The translations under genes were made by a program, and so were the position numbers. The notes beneath the pieces are model-generated. The model worked only from the letters and a program-made list of their open reading frames with translations, ran no database searches and was not told where the DNA came from. Of a DNA stretch of 64,000 nucleotides, positions 45,359 through 54,683 are shown piece after piece; position 1 is the stretch's first letter; each line of letters opens with the position of its first letter. The stretch is from UHGV virus genome UHGV-1366919. One strand, 5' to 3'. The DNA comes from a virus.

Positions 45359-48205
45359 TTAAGCGCTAAATTCTGTTGAAATCACGCCAGATCTAGAAGC
45401 GGTCAAGTCAATGAGAATGCGTTCTGCACTACGCGTTGGAGCTGCATATGTTGAGATACGCATTACACCGGCATCGATCTCAGTTTCCGTATTATTCCTT
45501 TCATCGCAAACAAGAACATAAGAATAGATTGCTCGTTGTTCTTGTAGTGCATCAAATGCTGGAGTTAACACATTTGTTACATTCAAACGGGTGTACAAAG
45601 TATTACCTTCAAACAGCCATTGCTTGGCAGTATCACGCAACAGTTTAAGAATGTAAAGCATTGTTCTTCGGGCAGAAATTTGATCTAACGCTGAGTCGCG
45701 CTTTATCATAGTTCTAATTCCGTACAACATTGTTCCGGAAGAAGGAGATACGATAATCGGATTAAGAGAAATACGATATAAATCATCTCGTTGCTTTTGC
45801 TGAGTGGAGAAGGAAATATCAAGCACAGAACTTAGTACACCATTATTCATTCCAGCGGCGGCTTGCCATGGACCATATAAGGCATCCGTAGCAGCAATCT
45901 TTTGAGCGACAAATCCAGAAGCAGGAGCCCAGAATTGAGTACTGTTTACAGGATCTTGTACCTTTAAGAAATACGGATAAACAGCCATATAAGAGGAAGC
46001 TAATCCATCATATAAATGCCTGTTAGGCCAGTAGATTGAAGTCGAGAAAGAATGCTTAACATTATCCAGAGCAGTATAAGCTGCATTGACTAAGGGCATT
46101 CCAAATTGTTTTTCAATCTTATTATCCTTGCCTTCAACGGAAATTTGACGAATTGTATCACCAATGAAGAATACATCGCCTCGTCCGCCTTCTTGCTGAG
46201 CAGAAGCTAATTTTAAGAAAGCCGATTGAATAGCTCGATGATTAGCGATTACTTGTTCAGCTGTGGAAGATAATGTAGACTTACCAGTACGCATATCCGT
46301 TACACCTTGAATAACTTTGGTATCATCGAATAATGCAGCTTCTGGATCATAGCCATTCGGATATTGCTCCTTAACTTTATCTTGTTCAGTTGTTTGGCCA
46401 TCCCCACGCTCGGTATCAGCCCTAATTGCAGCCTGGAGCTTTTCTTCATAGCTTTGATAAGCCACATCCATAGCTCCGACATAGATAGTTCCCATACCGC
46501 CTTCCAACAGAAGGTCAACGTCATAGAGTTCTTCATTTTCGACTAATTCAAGGGCAGCCTCGATTTTCTTGGGAAGATTACCAATGATTTTAGAAGCATT
46601 ATTGGAACGGGCATATAAACCTAACGGATACATGGAATCACCCATTTCAAAGGTCGGATAATCAGTTGGAATACTTTGAAGAACAGCCTTTGAAATACCG
46701 GCCGGAGAAGCCATGATGTCTTCGATGGAACCCGCCATTTCATCATCAGTCAATGCAATGTCAAGCAATTGCTGGGCATAAATACGAACCTTAATCTTCG
46801 GAGAACCGTCAACATATAGTCCGCGAGAATTTAACGCTCCTGAGAAGTTCGGATTAACAAACATGCGAACTAAAGTATCATTAGCCGTTGTATTCTCAAT
46901 AAAGAAGTTAACTGCAGATGTAGTATACTTGGAAGTAGTCTGTCGTCCATATTCTAAGGAAGCATTATATCCTTGAGTAATCAGGGCAGAAAGTTTAAGA
47001 GCATCTCCAGAATTAGTAGCCTGGCGAACCTTAAAGACGCCTACATTTAATGTATCATTCCATTGAGCTCCGGAAATATCAAAATCAGTGATGGATTCTT
47101 CCATAACCTGAGAGATACATCCTTTCAACGGAGAAGAAAGCTTAAAGTCAAGGCGTTCATTAGGAACAGTCGTATACTGAAGACCCGTAAGACCTTCTTC
47201 AATAGAAGCAGGAAGCTGAGTTACAGTCTTAAGCTTGCGCACGGCCGCATAAGAAGTACCAGGATCAGAGAAAGCATTATCGGATAACGCAAGATAAAAA
47301 CCTTCAAAAAGATCATTTGTTACCGTCTTGCCAAAGTTAAGAGCTAAGAAAGCAAACTGCCCCAAATCGGCAAGCTGAGTAGAAATAGTTTGAGGAATTG
47401 CATCGGACCAGTTAAATTCTCCAGAACCATCCAAAGCTTGTCCATTTAAAAATCGATAATACTGTTCAATAGAAATATTAAACTGAACAGGTTCACCGAT
47501 TAAAAATGTAGCGGAATCTTCATATTCACCTTTGATACCGGCGGAACCATCTGAATAATTCGTAATAGGCTTAAAGGAATTATTAGCAGATTGAACATAA
47601 TAAGTTGCAAAGACAGCATTCTGAGTTGGAACATCTGTTACCTCAGTATATTCAGATCCATTCTTAGTATAGATCGTAACCTTATTGGTGAAATTAGTTA
47701 ACGGAGTTCCGGCCTGGTCCGTATAATATTGAACCTGCACTTTAGCAGCAATATCAGGAGAAACAGGAGTATAAGAAGTAGAACGGGTTACCTTGGTATA
47801 AAGCTGAACAGATGTATCAATACGTTGTTCAGGGGTAGCTTCATTATAAACTTCTTCAGAATCAATAGCATATCCAAGAGCCGGATAAGCAAGAATAGAA
47901 ACGGAAGCAGATTTAGTATCTCCTAAGTCTACACCATAAGGAAGTCGGGAAACACTTACATAAGCAGCAGAATTTAATGCTGCGTCTACTGTTGCATAAG
48001 AATAGCGCTCAGAACTTGTAACAGGTTCTCCGAATATTTCAACATATTCACTGATTGTCGAAACAGAAGTAACTTCAGAAGTAGGTCCTTGTTGGCTGAA
48101 AATTGGTATAAAGACCGACGTTCCGGCAGACTGCGCCGCTCGTGTCGATTGGTCGCGTTCCAAAATTTCGACGCCCGGGCTGATAATTGTGGGTGTAATT
48201 GCCAT
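45359..48205 (-). CDS. tail sheath protein (gp18-like), unusually long
   Basis: N-terminus MAITPTIISPGVEILERDQS matches T4 gp18 MTLLSPGIELKETTVQS. C-terminus ...YSYVLVCDERNNTETEID...RISTYAAPTRSAERILIDLTASRSG matches EYRVVCDTTNNTPSVID...TFYIQPARSINYITLNFVATATG. Confidence 0.85.
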   Translation of the reverse strand: MAITPTIISPGVEILERDQSTRAAQSAGTSVFIPIFSQQGPTSEVTSVSTISEYVEIFGEPVTSSERYSYATVDAALNSAAYVSVSRLPYGVDLGDTKSASVSILAYPALGYAIDSEEVYNEATPEQRIDTSVQLYTKVTRSTSYTPVSPDIAAKVQVQYYTDQAGTPLTNFTNKVTIYTKNGSEYTEVTDVPTQNAVFATYYVQSANNSFKPITNYSDGSAGIKGEYEDSATFLIGEPVQFNISIEQYYRFLNGQALDGSGEFNWSDAIPQTISTQLADLGQFAFLALNFGKTVTNDLFEGFYLALSDNAFSDPGTSYAAVRKLKTVTQLPASIEEGLTGLQYTTVPNERLDFKLSSPLKGCISQVMEESITDFDISGAQWNDTLNVGVFKVRQATNSGDALKLSALITQGYNASLEYGRQTTSKYTTSAVNFFIENTTANDTLVRMFVNPNFSGALNSRGLYVDGSPKIKVRIYAQQLLDIALTDDEMAGSIEDIMASPAGISKAVLQSIPTDYPTFEMGDSMYPLGLYARSNNASKIIGNLPKKIEAALELVENEELYDVDLLLEGGMGTIYVGAMDVAYQSYEEKLQAAIRADTERGDGQTTEQDKVKEQYPNGYDPEAALFDDTKVIQGVTDMRTGKSTLSSTAEQVIANHRAIQSAFLKLASAQQEGGRGDVFFIGDTIRQISVEGKDNKIEKQFGMPLVNAAYTALDNVKHSFSTSIYWPNRHLYDGLASSYMAVYPYFLKVQDPVNSTQFWAPASGFVAQKIAATDALYGPWQAAAGMNNGVLSSVLDISFSTQQKQRDDLYRISLNPIIVSPSSGTMLYGIRTMIKRDSALDQISARRTMLYILKLLRDTAKQWLFEGNTLYTRLNVTNVLTPAFDALQEQRAIYSYVLVCDERNNTETEIDAGVMRISTYAAPTRSAERILIDLTASRSGVISTEFSA

Positions 48206-48320
48206 AATATATTTTTAAGTTAAATTATTAAATCTTAGAAAGTTTAACAAAAGATATTTACATTTATAACGGCTAGTTCAGGTTCTATTTTACTTCTTGG
48301 ATAAATAAACACTCTTCAAT

Positions 48321-48349
48321 TTAGCACCAAAATAAAATCAGGATAAAAT
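48321..48349. repeat. 29-bp perfect direct repeat, copy 1 (5' of HEG 48362..49711)
   Basis: ttagcaccaaaataaaatcaggataaaat, identical to 49686..49714. Confidence 0.8.
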
Positions 48350-48361
48350 AATATCCAATTT

Positions 48362-49711
48362 ATGGCAATTAAACGACTTACGACAGAAATTTTTATAGAA
48401 AGGGCCAAAGCAAAACACGGTATAGACAGGTATGATTACTCGGCAACCAATTATACCCATTGTAATAATAAAATTATAATCAAGTGTTTAATACATAATT
48501 TAATATTTGAAACCTACCCCCATAATCATTTAAGAGGGAATGGAGGTTGCCCTCTATGTGCTAAAGAAGGACGATCTTTATCATGGCAATCTTTTTTAGA
48601 AAAAAGCATCGAAGCTCACGGGCAAAATCGATATGATTATTCATATGCTAAAAAAGAGTATAAAGGAACCAAATCAAAAATTACAATAATATGTAAAAAA
48701 TGTGGACATAGATTTGTTCAATTACCTTCTAATCATATAAAAGGCCATGGTTGTATAAATTGTGTAAATTTAGCTAAATCATTTGATAAAAATTTCTTTA
48801 TTAAAGAGGCAGAAAAGAAACATGGTATTGGGAGATATGATTACTCAAAAATAAAATATAAAAATTCATATACTCCCATTTATATTATTTGTAATAAATG
48901 TAATAAAAAATTTTATCAGCAGCCACGAATACATTTAAAAGGAATTGGATGTTCTCATTGTTATTATAAAAGTAAAACATTAACTAAGGAAGAATTTATT
49001 AAAAGAGCTGAAGAAATACATGAAAAAGGAAAATATGATTATTCTAATGTAGAATATATACAGTCTAACATTAAGATTAAAATTAAATGTAATAAATGTA
49101 ATAATATTTTTTGGCAATATCCCCATGAACATTTAAAAGCCAAAGGATGCCGAATTTGTGCAATTAAAGATATTACTGATACAAAAGAAACATTTATTAA
49201 AAAGGCAAAGAAAGTTCATAAGGATTTTTATGATTATTCAAGTATAAAATATATAAATTCTCAAACTTTAATTTATATTAATTGTCCAAAACATGGTTTT
49301 TTCGCACAACGGCCAAATGCTCATCTAAGAGGTCATGGATGTCCGAATTGTGCACTCGCTGCACAAAGATCTCGAGGAGAAATAGAACTTGGAGAATTTA
49401 TTAAATCAATTTATTCCAATAAAATTTTAAAAAATTCTAAAACACAACTTGGAAATAAAATGGAATTGGATATATATCTTCCTGAATTAAAACTCGCCAT
49501 TGAGTATAATGGCGATTATTGGCATAATTTGAAAGAGGCCAAACATCCTGGCTGCCATGAAGATAAAAGAAACCGATGTAAAGAAAGAGGAATTAAACTT
49601 ATTGAAGTTTTAGATACGGAATGGCAAAAGAATAAAGATCAAATTAAAGAATCTCTTAAAAAACAAATTGGAGAACTTATCAAAATTAGCACCAAAATAA
49701 AATCAGGATAA
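48362..49711 (+). CDS. free-standing homing-endonuclease-like protein (paralog 5) inserted between tail sheath and tail tube genes
   Basis: 449 aa. Six repeat units. C-terminal ELDIYLPELKLAIEYNGDYWH...GIKLIEVLDTEW module. Its last 8 codons (ISTKIKSG) are encoded by the flanking repeat. Confidence 0.7.
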   Translation: MAIKRLTTEIFIERAKAKHGIDRYDYSATNYTHCNNKIIIKCLIHNLIFETYPHNHLRGNGGCPLCAKEGRSLSWQSFLEKSIEAHGQNRYDYSYAKKEYKGTKSKITIICKKCGHRFVQLPSNHIKGHGCINCVNLAKSFDKNFFIKEAEKKHGIGRYDYSKIKYKNSYTPIYIICNKCNKKFYQQPRIHLKGIGCSHCYYKSKTLTKEEFIKRAEEIHEKGKYDYSNVEYIQSNIKIKIKCNKCNNIFWQYPHEHLKAKGCRICAIKDITDTKETFIKKAKKVHKDFYDYSSIKYINSQTLIYINCPKHGFFAQRPNAHLRGHGCPNCALAAQRSRGEIELGEFIKSIYSNKILKNSKTQLGNKMELDIYLPELKLAIEYNGDYWHNLKEAKHPGCHEDKRNRCKERGIKLIEVLDTEWQKNKDQIKESLKKQIGELIKISTKIKSG

Positions 49712-49714
49712 AAT
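49686..49714. repeat. 29-bp perfect direct repeat, copy 2 (3' end of HEG ORF)
   Basis: See 48321..48349. Confidence 0.8.
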
Positions 49715-49779
49715 GAATATATTTTAAAAAGTTAAAAACATACTTAACTAAGTGCGCAATATATATATATATTAATACT

Positions 49780-51243
49780 ATGAGTAATATTACTGAAGAA
49801 CAAAAAGCTGAATTCCTGAAATATTATCCCGACCATGAAGATAAGCTAGAAGAAATTATCGAATACAATTGTTTATCTTCCTGCGAAGATGATCGTATAT
49901 TTTGTTTTTATGATGTTAAATTTGATCCGAATAAGTCAACACTAGAAAAGGTTGATTATTTGAATCCAATGGGAATATATAGCAATTTAGTCTGTTATAT
50001 TGAACGAGGAGATATGAGGAGATCTGATAACTCTATCATCTCTTCTATTGAAGAATTAGTAAAAACTATTAAAGAATTTCCTTATGTTATTTTTGATGCA
50101 AATACTGCAGTTATTAAAATTCAAGGAGTTATAGAAAATAGTGAAGATCCTGACCTTAGCGGAATTAAAATTAACATTTATAAATTTGATAAAAAGAAAA
50201 ATAAATTTATTAATGAACAAGCTGGATTTCATTCTTACCATCATGAATTAAATGATTTTATTGAATTCATTTATCAATTTGTAAATGATGCAATAAAAGA
50301 ATATGTTAGAGTTAGAGGTAAAGACGGTAATAATTATTTCATGCTTCATCCTAATGTCTATAAGAATAATGAAGAAAAACCTGAAAGCAATAATTCAAAA
50401 TCTCTTAAATCTATTATAGACGAATGGAAACAGAAGGTTGATAAAGATCTCGTTATGATTGGAGGCGATCTAAGATTTAAGGATGAAATTAAAAATAAAA
50501 TTGAGGAAGATAAATTATACCTTGAACGTCTTATTGCAGAAGCTGACCAGCAAAGGGAAGTAATAGAGGAAAATCCTGACAATGATATTGAAGAAAAAAT
50601 AAATCAAGCTATTATTAATGCTCGTAAGGAGCCTCCTGTTGATCTACCGGAAGAACTTCAAGAAGAGCTTATTGAAAGCATGAAAGATTATAACGATTAT
50701 TTTCATAATCCAAATAATAAGCTTCGAGGAGAATATTTTGATGATTTAATCGAACAGCTTAATAATTCTAAAAAGAACTGCTGTTTAATGAAACTTAATA
50801 AAGATACTGCTACTTGGCTTACCGTTACTGATTTCTTTGAAGAACAAGAAGATACGCTTTTAAGCAAGCTTCTTGAATTTGATCCGGTCATTGAAAAACA
50901 TGATGAAAATTATACGTTAATCAAATTTAAACGAGAAGTATTTGACCAGAATAAAGAAAAGATTGAGAAGATTCAACATCAGTATTTTGCCAGGGCTAAT
51001 TCTTTTACTGATTTTGATTTTGACCTTGATTTTAAAATAGTTAGTTTAACCAAAGATGAACATAACTTTATCGTTAGTAATTTAAAGAAACATGCAATTA
51101 TTTCCTCAAATGCAGAACCTGAATTTAAAGGATTTTTCAGGAATATTGTTCAGTATGCTCCTGAATTAGAAAATGAAGATATTGAATATATCTTTGAGAT
51201 AACTGATAAATGTTTGCCAACATCTGTTAAAAATAGACTTTAA
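49780..51243 (+). CDS. acidic hypothetical protein
   Basis: 487 aa, E/D/K-rich, no recognisable motif. Confidence 0.4.
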   Translation: MSNITEEQKAEFLKYYPDHEDKLEEIIEYNCLSSCEDDRIFCFYDVKFDPNKSTLEKVDYLNPMGIYSNLVCYIERGDMRRSDNSIISSIEELVKTIKEFPYVIFDANTAVIKIQGVIENSEDPDLSGIKINIYKFDKKKNKFINEQAGFHSYHHELNDFIEFIYQFVNDAIKEYVRVRGKDGNNYFMLHPNVYKNNEEKPESNNSKSLKSIIDEWKQKVDKDLVMIGGDLRFKDEIKNKIEEDKLYLERLIAEADQQREVIEENPDNDIEEKINQAIINARKEPPVDLPEELQEELIESMKDYNDYFHNPNNKLRGEYFDDLIEQLNNSKKNCCLMKLNKDTATWLTVTDFFEEQEDTLLSKLLEFDPVIEKHDENYTLIKFKREVFDQNKEKIEKIQHQYFARANSFTDFDFDLDFKIVSLTKDEHNFIVSNLKKHAIISSNAEPEFKGFFRNIVQYAPELENEDIEYIFEITDKCLPTSVKNRL

Positions 51244-51368
51244 AAATATGATTAGTAAGAAATTACCACCTCTTTGGAAGCAACAACTCGTCTGGTGCTT
51301 ATGTAAACTATTGAATATAAATTTTCGAATTTATCCAAATCGGCCCAAAGATGAAAAAGTTGATTAAT

Positions 51369-51408
51369 AAAAAAGCTGAGTCATTAATTTGACTCAGCTT
51401 TTTCTTTT
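51369..51408 (+). terminator. intrinsic terminator (hairpin family member)
   Basis: aaaagctgagtca...tgactcagctttttc. Confidence 0.55.
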
Positions 51409-51430
51409 GTTAGTTATGTAATAAAAACTA

Positions 51431-51997
51431 TTATTGAGCTACAGCAACATTAGATATTCCGTCACTTGTATCATAGTACACATAGGCAAAAGTAACGTCG
51501 CAAGTTACTAGCGCACCGCTCCCATCCTCATAGTTAAATGTGATTGGATTAACATTTCTTATGGAAGCATGACGCAAATTATATGTTACTAAAGGATTAA
51601 GTTTTGAGTCAATTGTACTTATCGACACGTATTGATCTGCGCTTGGAAATCTATAATCACCGGTAGATGTTGTATCATTGAAAGTGATTCGAGAAGCCCG
51701 TTCTAATTTCTGGCGCGCTGTTCCTTCGGCATCCATAAAAAATTTAATCGTATATTCAGAGCTGCCGGTATATTTTACCGAGCCTGGATAATGTACTTCA
51801 AGCCCCATGTATTGTTGCGTTTGATTTACAATTTGACGGGCTGGAAGTTGAGTCGCAGTACAATAAATTATTTCATCACTAGTCAAAGCCAAAGCATCAG
51901 TATTAACGGCTACAAGACGAAAATTAAAGTCTCGTAAGAACTGGCGTTTTTGAGCTTGGGAAATGAAATCACGAATTCCTGGGATATTTCCGTTCAT
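51431..51997 (-). CDS. probable tail tube protein
   Basis: 188 aa. Size and position next to the sheath gene. Beta-rich composition typical of tube proteins. No strong motif, so positional inference. Confidence 0.45.
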   Translation of the reverse strand: MNGNIPGIRDFISQAQKRQFLRDFNFRLVAVNTDALALTSDEIIYCTATQLPARQIVNQTQQYMGLEVHYPGSVKYTGSSEYTIKFFMDAEGTARQKLERASRITFNDTTSTGDYRFPSADQYVSISTIDSKLNPLVTYNLRHASIRNVNPITFNYEDGSGALVTCDVTFAYVYYDTSDGISNVAVAQ

Positions 51998-52033
51998 ATA
52001 TCTCTATTTAGATCAACTAAATATTAAAACATA

Positions 52034-53008
52034 ATGGCTAAGAAGATAGGTCCAATTCCAAGTTTTCTCAATAAGATCTCTAATAATTGGGGTCTATCTT
52101 TTATTTTTACTAAAATATGGGGAATTACTTTTCATCCGTCCAGAGGATTAAATTCTTTGGCTAGTTCCATTCAAAATGTTCTTACCAAATATGATGATAT
52201 AAATGATTTTCTTTCTTTTATCAATTCAGATGGAAACATTTATCGAAATATTTTAGGCAATAATGAGGCAATTTCAAATAGAATCGCTGAAATTGAAAGT
52301 TTTATTTTAGCTAATAAAATTTCTATTCCGAATGAAAATGTCAGTATTTCATTCCCAGCTTCTGTTCAAATTCCTAATGCCGGAGGGTTAATTCAGGGAA
52401 GAGTAGGAGAAGGACGTCGTTCTAATTTTAACGATTTGTCTATTACATTCCTTGATACTAACCGAGAATTAGTTGAATATATTATTAAACCATGGATTAT
52501 TGCCGTTGCACATCAAGGCTTAATTGAAGATCCGCAACTGGATAATTTAAAAGCAGATATTAAATGCTATTTCTTTGCAAAATCTTCTCCTAATTTTCAA
52601 GTAAAAAGAAATGGCGAACGATTAGTGCAAACTTCATTTTATCCTCAATATACCAATTCACAAAATTTGACTACTCAACCATATGTCTGGGGATCTAAGT
52701 CGACGGAATATATGGTTTCGAAAGCCAATGAAGAACAGCCGTATCTTAGGAAAATTATTACTTTTAGAGGTTGTGTTCCGCTTTCAATTCCTGATAAATC
52801 TTACAACTATGCAGGAGATATGGGAGCTGATGAAATGATGACTCCGATTAAATTTTCCTATGAATGGTATGAAGTTCAGGAAATGGCCGGAAAACCGTTT
52901 TCTTTAGGAGATGCTCTTGTTACTGAGGGGAAAACGACAACTTTGCCAACTATATATGATAATAGTATCGACCCCGAAACAAGTCTAAGAGGCGGAAATA
53001 TAGTTTAA
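52034..53008 (+). CDS. hypothetical tail-module protein
   Basis: 324 aa. First gene of a + strand block that ends with the tape-measure and baseplate genes. Confidence 0.35.
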   Translation: MAKKIGPIPSFLNKISNNWGLSFIFTKIWGITFHPSRGLNSLASSIQNVLTKYDDINDFLSFINSDGNIYRNILGNNEAISNRIAEIESFILANKISIPNENVSISFPASVQIPNAGGLIQGRVGEGRRSNFNDLSITFLDTNRELVEYIIKPWIIAVAHQGLIEDPQLDNLKADIKCYFFAKSSPNFQVKRNGERLVQTSFYPQYTNSQNLTTQPYVWGSKSTEYMVSKANEEQPYLRKIITFRGCVPLSIPDKSYNYAGDMGADEMMTPIKFSYEWYEVQEMAGKPFSLGDALVTEGKTTTLPTIYDNSIDPETSLRGGNIV

Positions 53009-53012
53009 CAGC

Positions 53013-53849
53013 ATGTTTAAATTTAAATGTAAGTTACCTTCCAAAAAGGTTGTTTATTGTGAAGAGATTACTAATGAAACTTATATTTCTCTTCACAAAT
53101 ATGTAATGAATAATGACCTTCTTGGATTTTATAAAGAATTAGATGGGCATATTGCAAAAACTGTACCTGAAATCTATTCCTTAAATTTATTAGATAAAGT
53201 TTACATTTATTTGAGTATTCGAGCTTATTCTATTTCTGATGCTATTGAATTAAAAACAGATAATTTCTTCAATAAAGACTTATACAGTTTATTTGATACT
53301 TTAGATAATCTTCGAGAAACCTTTTTTGAACCTATTGAAACAATTATTGAAACCAAATCAGGGAATGCAAAATTTAAAATTAATTGTCCATTTCTATTTG
53401 AAGAAATAGATGATGAATTACTTCCTGATATTTTATCGGGAGTTAAAAATATTAATTTAAATTCACAAGAATTTTGTTTAGAAACTTCTAAAGATTTATT
53501 AGCTCTAAACTATCTTATTACTCCTGAAAATTATAATAAATTAAATGATTTAATTCTTCAGAAATACAATATTAATATTATTTTTGCTAAGGGTAAAATA
53601 GAACTTCCTTTACTAAGCCATCTGACATATAGATTTATTGCTGAAAGCCTTTTCTTTAATGATTTAGACGGACTTTATACTCTTTCTTACTCTCTTTTAA
53701 GGCATCTTAATTTATCTCTCTCGGATTTTAATAAAATGTCTCCCATTGAATCAACTATTTTTATGTCTAAGCTCATCAAAGAGAAAGAAGAAGAGAGAGA
53801 AGCTGAAGAAAAAAATAACTCAAATAATAAGAATGAGTTTATCTTTTAG
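53013..53849 (+). CDS. hypothetical tail-module protein
   Basis: 278 aa. Confidence 0.35.
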   Translation: MFKFKCKLPSKKVVYCEEITNETYISLHKYVMNNDLLGFYKELDGHIAKTVPEIYSLNLLDKVYIYLSIRAYSISDAIELKTDNFFNKDLYSLFDTLDNLRETFFEPIETIIETKSGNAKFKINCPFLFEEIDDELLPDILSGVKNINLNSQEFCLETSKDLLALNYLITPENYNKLNDLILQKYNINIIFAKGKIELPLLSHLTYRFIAESLFFNDLDGLYTLSYSLLRHLNLSLSDFNKMSPIESTIFMSKLIKEKEEEREAEEKNNSNNKNEFIF

Positions 53850-53866
53850 CTGATTAATTAAATCAT

Positions 53867-54664
53867 ATGGCACAACATTTATCCACTTTATTCAGTTCTC
53901 TTGAAAATATTAAAAAGACTACTGAATTAGATGAAAAGTATAAAATTTCTGAACTTACTCTTGCTCAACAACGGGAATTAATTGTTTCCGTTTTTGACCC
54001 CTTTGAAACTCCGGCGAAACTTGGAATTGCCTTTAATAATATTATTAATTCCTGTGTTGAAACAACTGACGGAACTAATAAAGATATTACTATTGTTGAA
54101 AAACCGATGCTTCTTCGTGCACTTCGGGATTTAACAATCGGAGATAAGTTTACCAAAAAGGTTATCGATGATGAAGGAAATGAAAAAACTGAAAATTATC
54201 AGTTCAATACTCTTAATCCTAAAGCTTTTCATAAAATTAAAAAAGAAAAAGAGATTCGTTTAGATGGAGTTATCAAAATTACTCTTTGTGCTCCGACTCT
54301 TTCCCGCGATACTGAAGTTAATAAAACTATTATTCAGAAAATCAACAATTATCGAAGAAATATTGAAAGCAGACGTCATCAGCCTGACCCGGGAGAGATT
54401 GCGGCTCAATATCTTATTTGTGAATTAACAAAGTATATTAAGTCTATTCAAATCAATGAAGAAATTTTTAACTTTACTGATTTAATTGTTGATGAACAAA
54501 TTAAAGTAATCAATAGCCTTCCTCAGGAACATATTAATAAAATTACTGATTTTATTGAAGAAGTTAAAAAGGGTGAAGAATTAGCTTTTACTGCTACTAA
54601 TTTAGAGACCGGAAAACAAGAGAAAATCAGTATTGAACATAATATTTTCTCGAAGGAGCTCTAA
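53867..54664 (+). CDS. hypothetical protein (possible tail assembly chaperone position)
   Basis: 265 aa, directly upstream of tape measure. Confidence 0.35.
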   Translation: MAQHLSTLFSSLENIKKTTELDEKYKISELTLAQQRELIVSVFDPFETPAKLGIAFNNIINSCVETTDGTNKDITIVEKPMLLRALRDLTIGDKFTKKVIDDEGNEKTENYQFNTLNPKAFHKIKKEKEIRLDGVIKITLCAPTLSRDTEVNKTIIQKINNYRRNIESRRHQPDPGEIAAQYLICELTKYIKSIQINEEIFNFTDLIVDEQIKVINSLPQEHINKITDFIEEVKKGEELAFTATNLETGKQEKISIEHNIFSKEL

Positions 54665-54666
54665 GG

Positions 54667-54681
54667 TTTTCACCTTTAAAT
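54667..54681 (+). promoter_or_regulatory. conserved upstream motif 5' of tape-measure gene
   Basis: ttttcacctttaaat. Confidence 0.35.
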
Positions 54682-54683
54682 AA

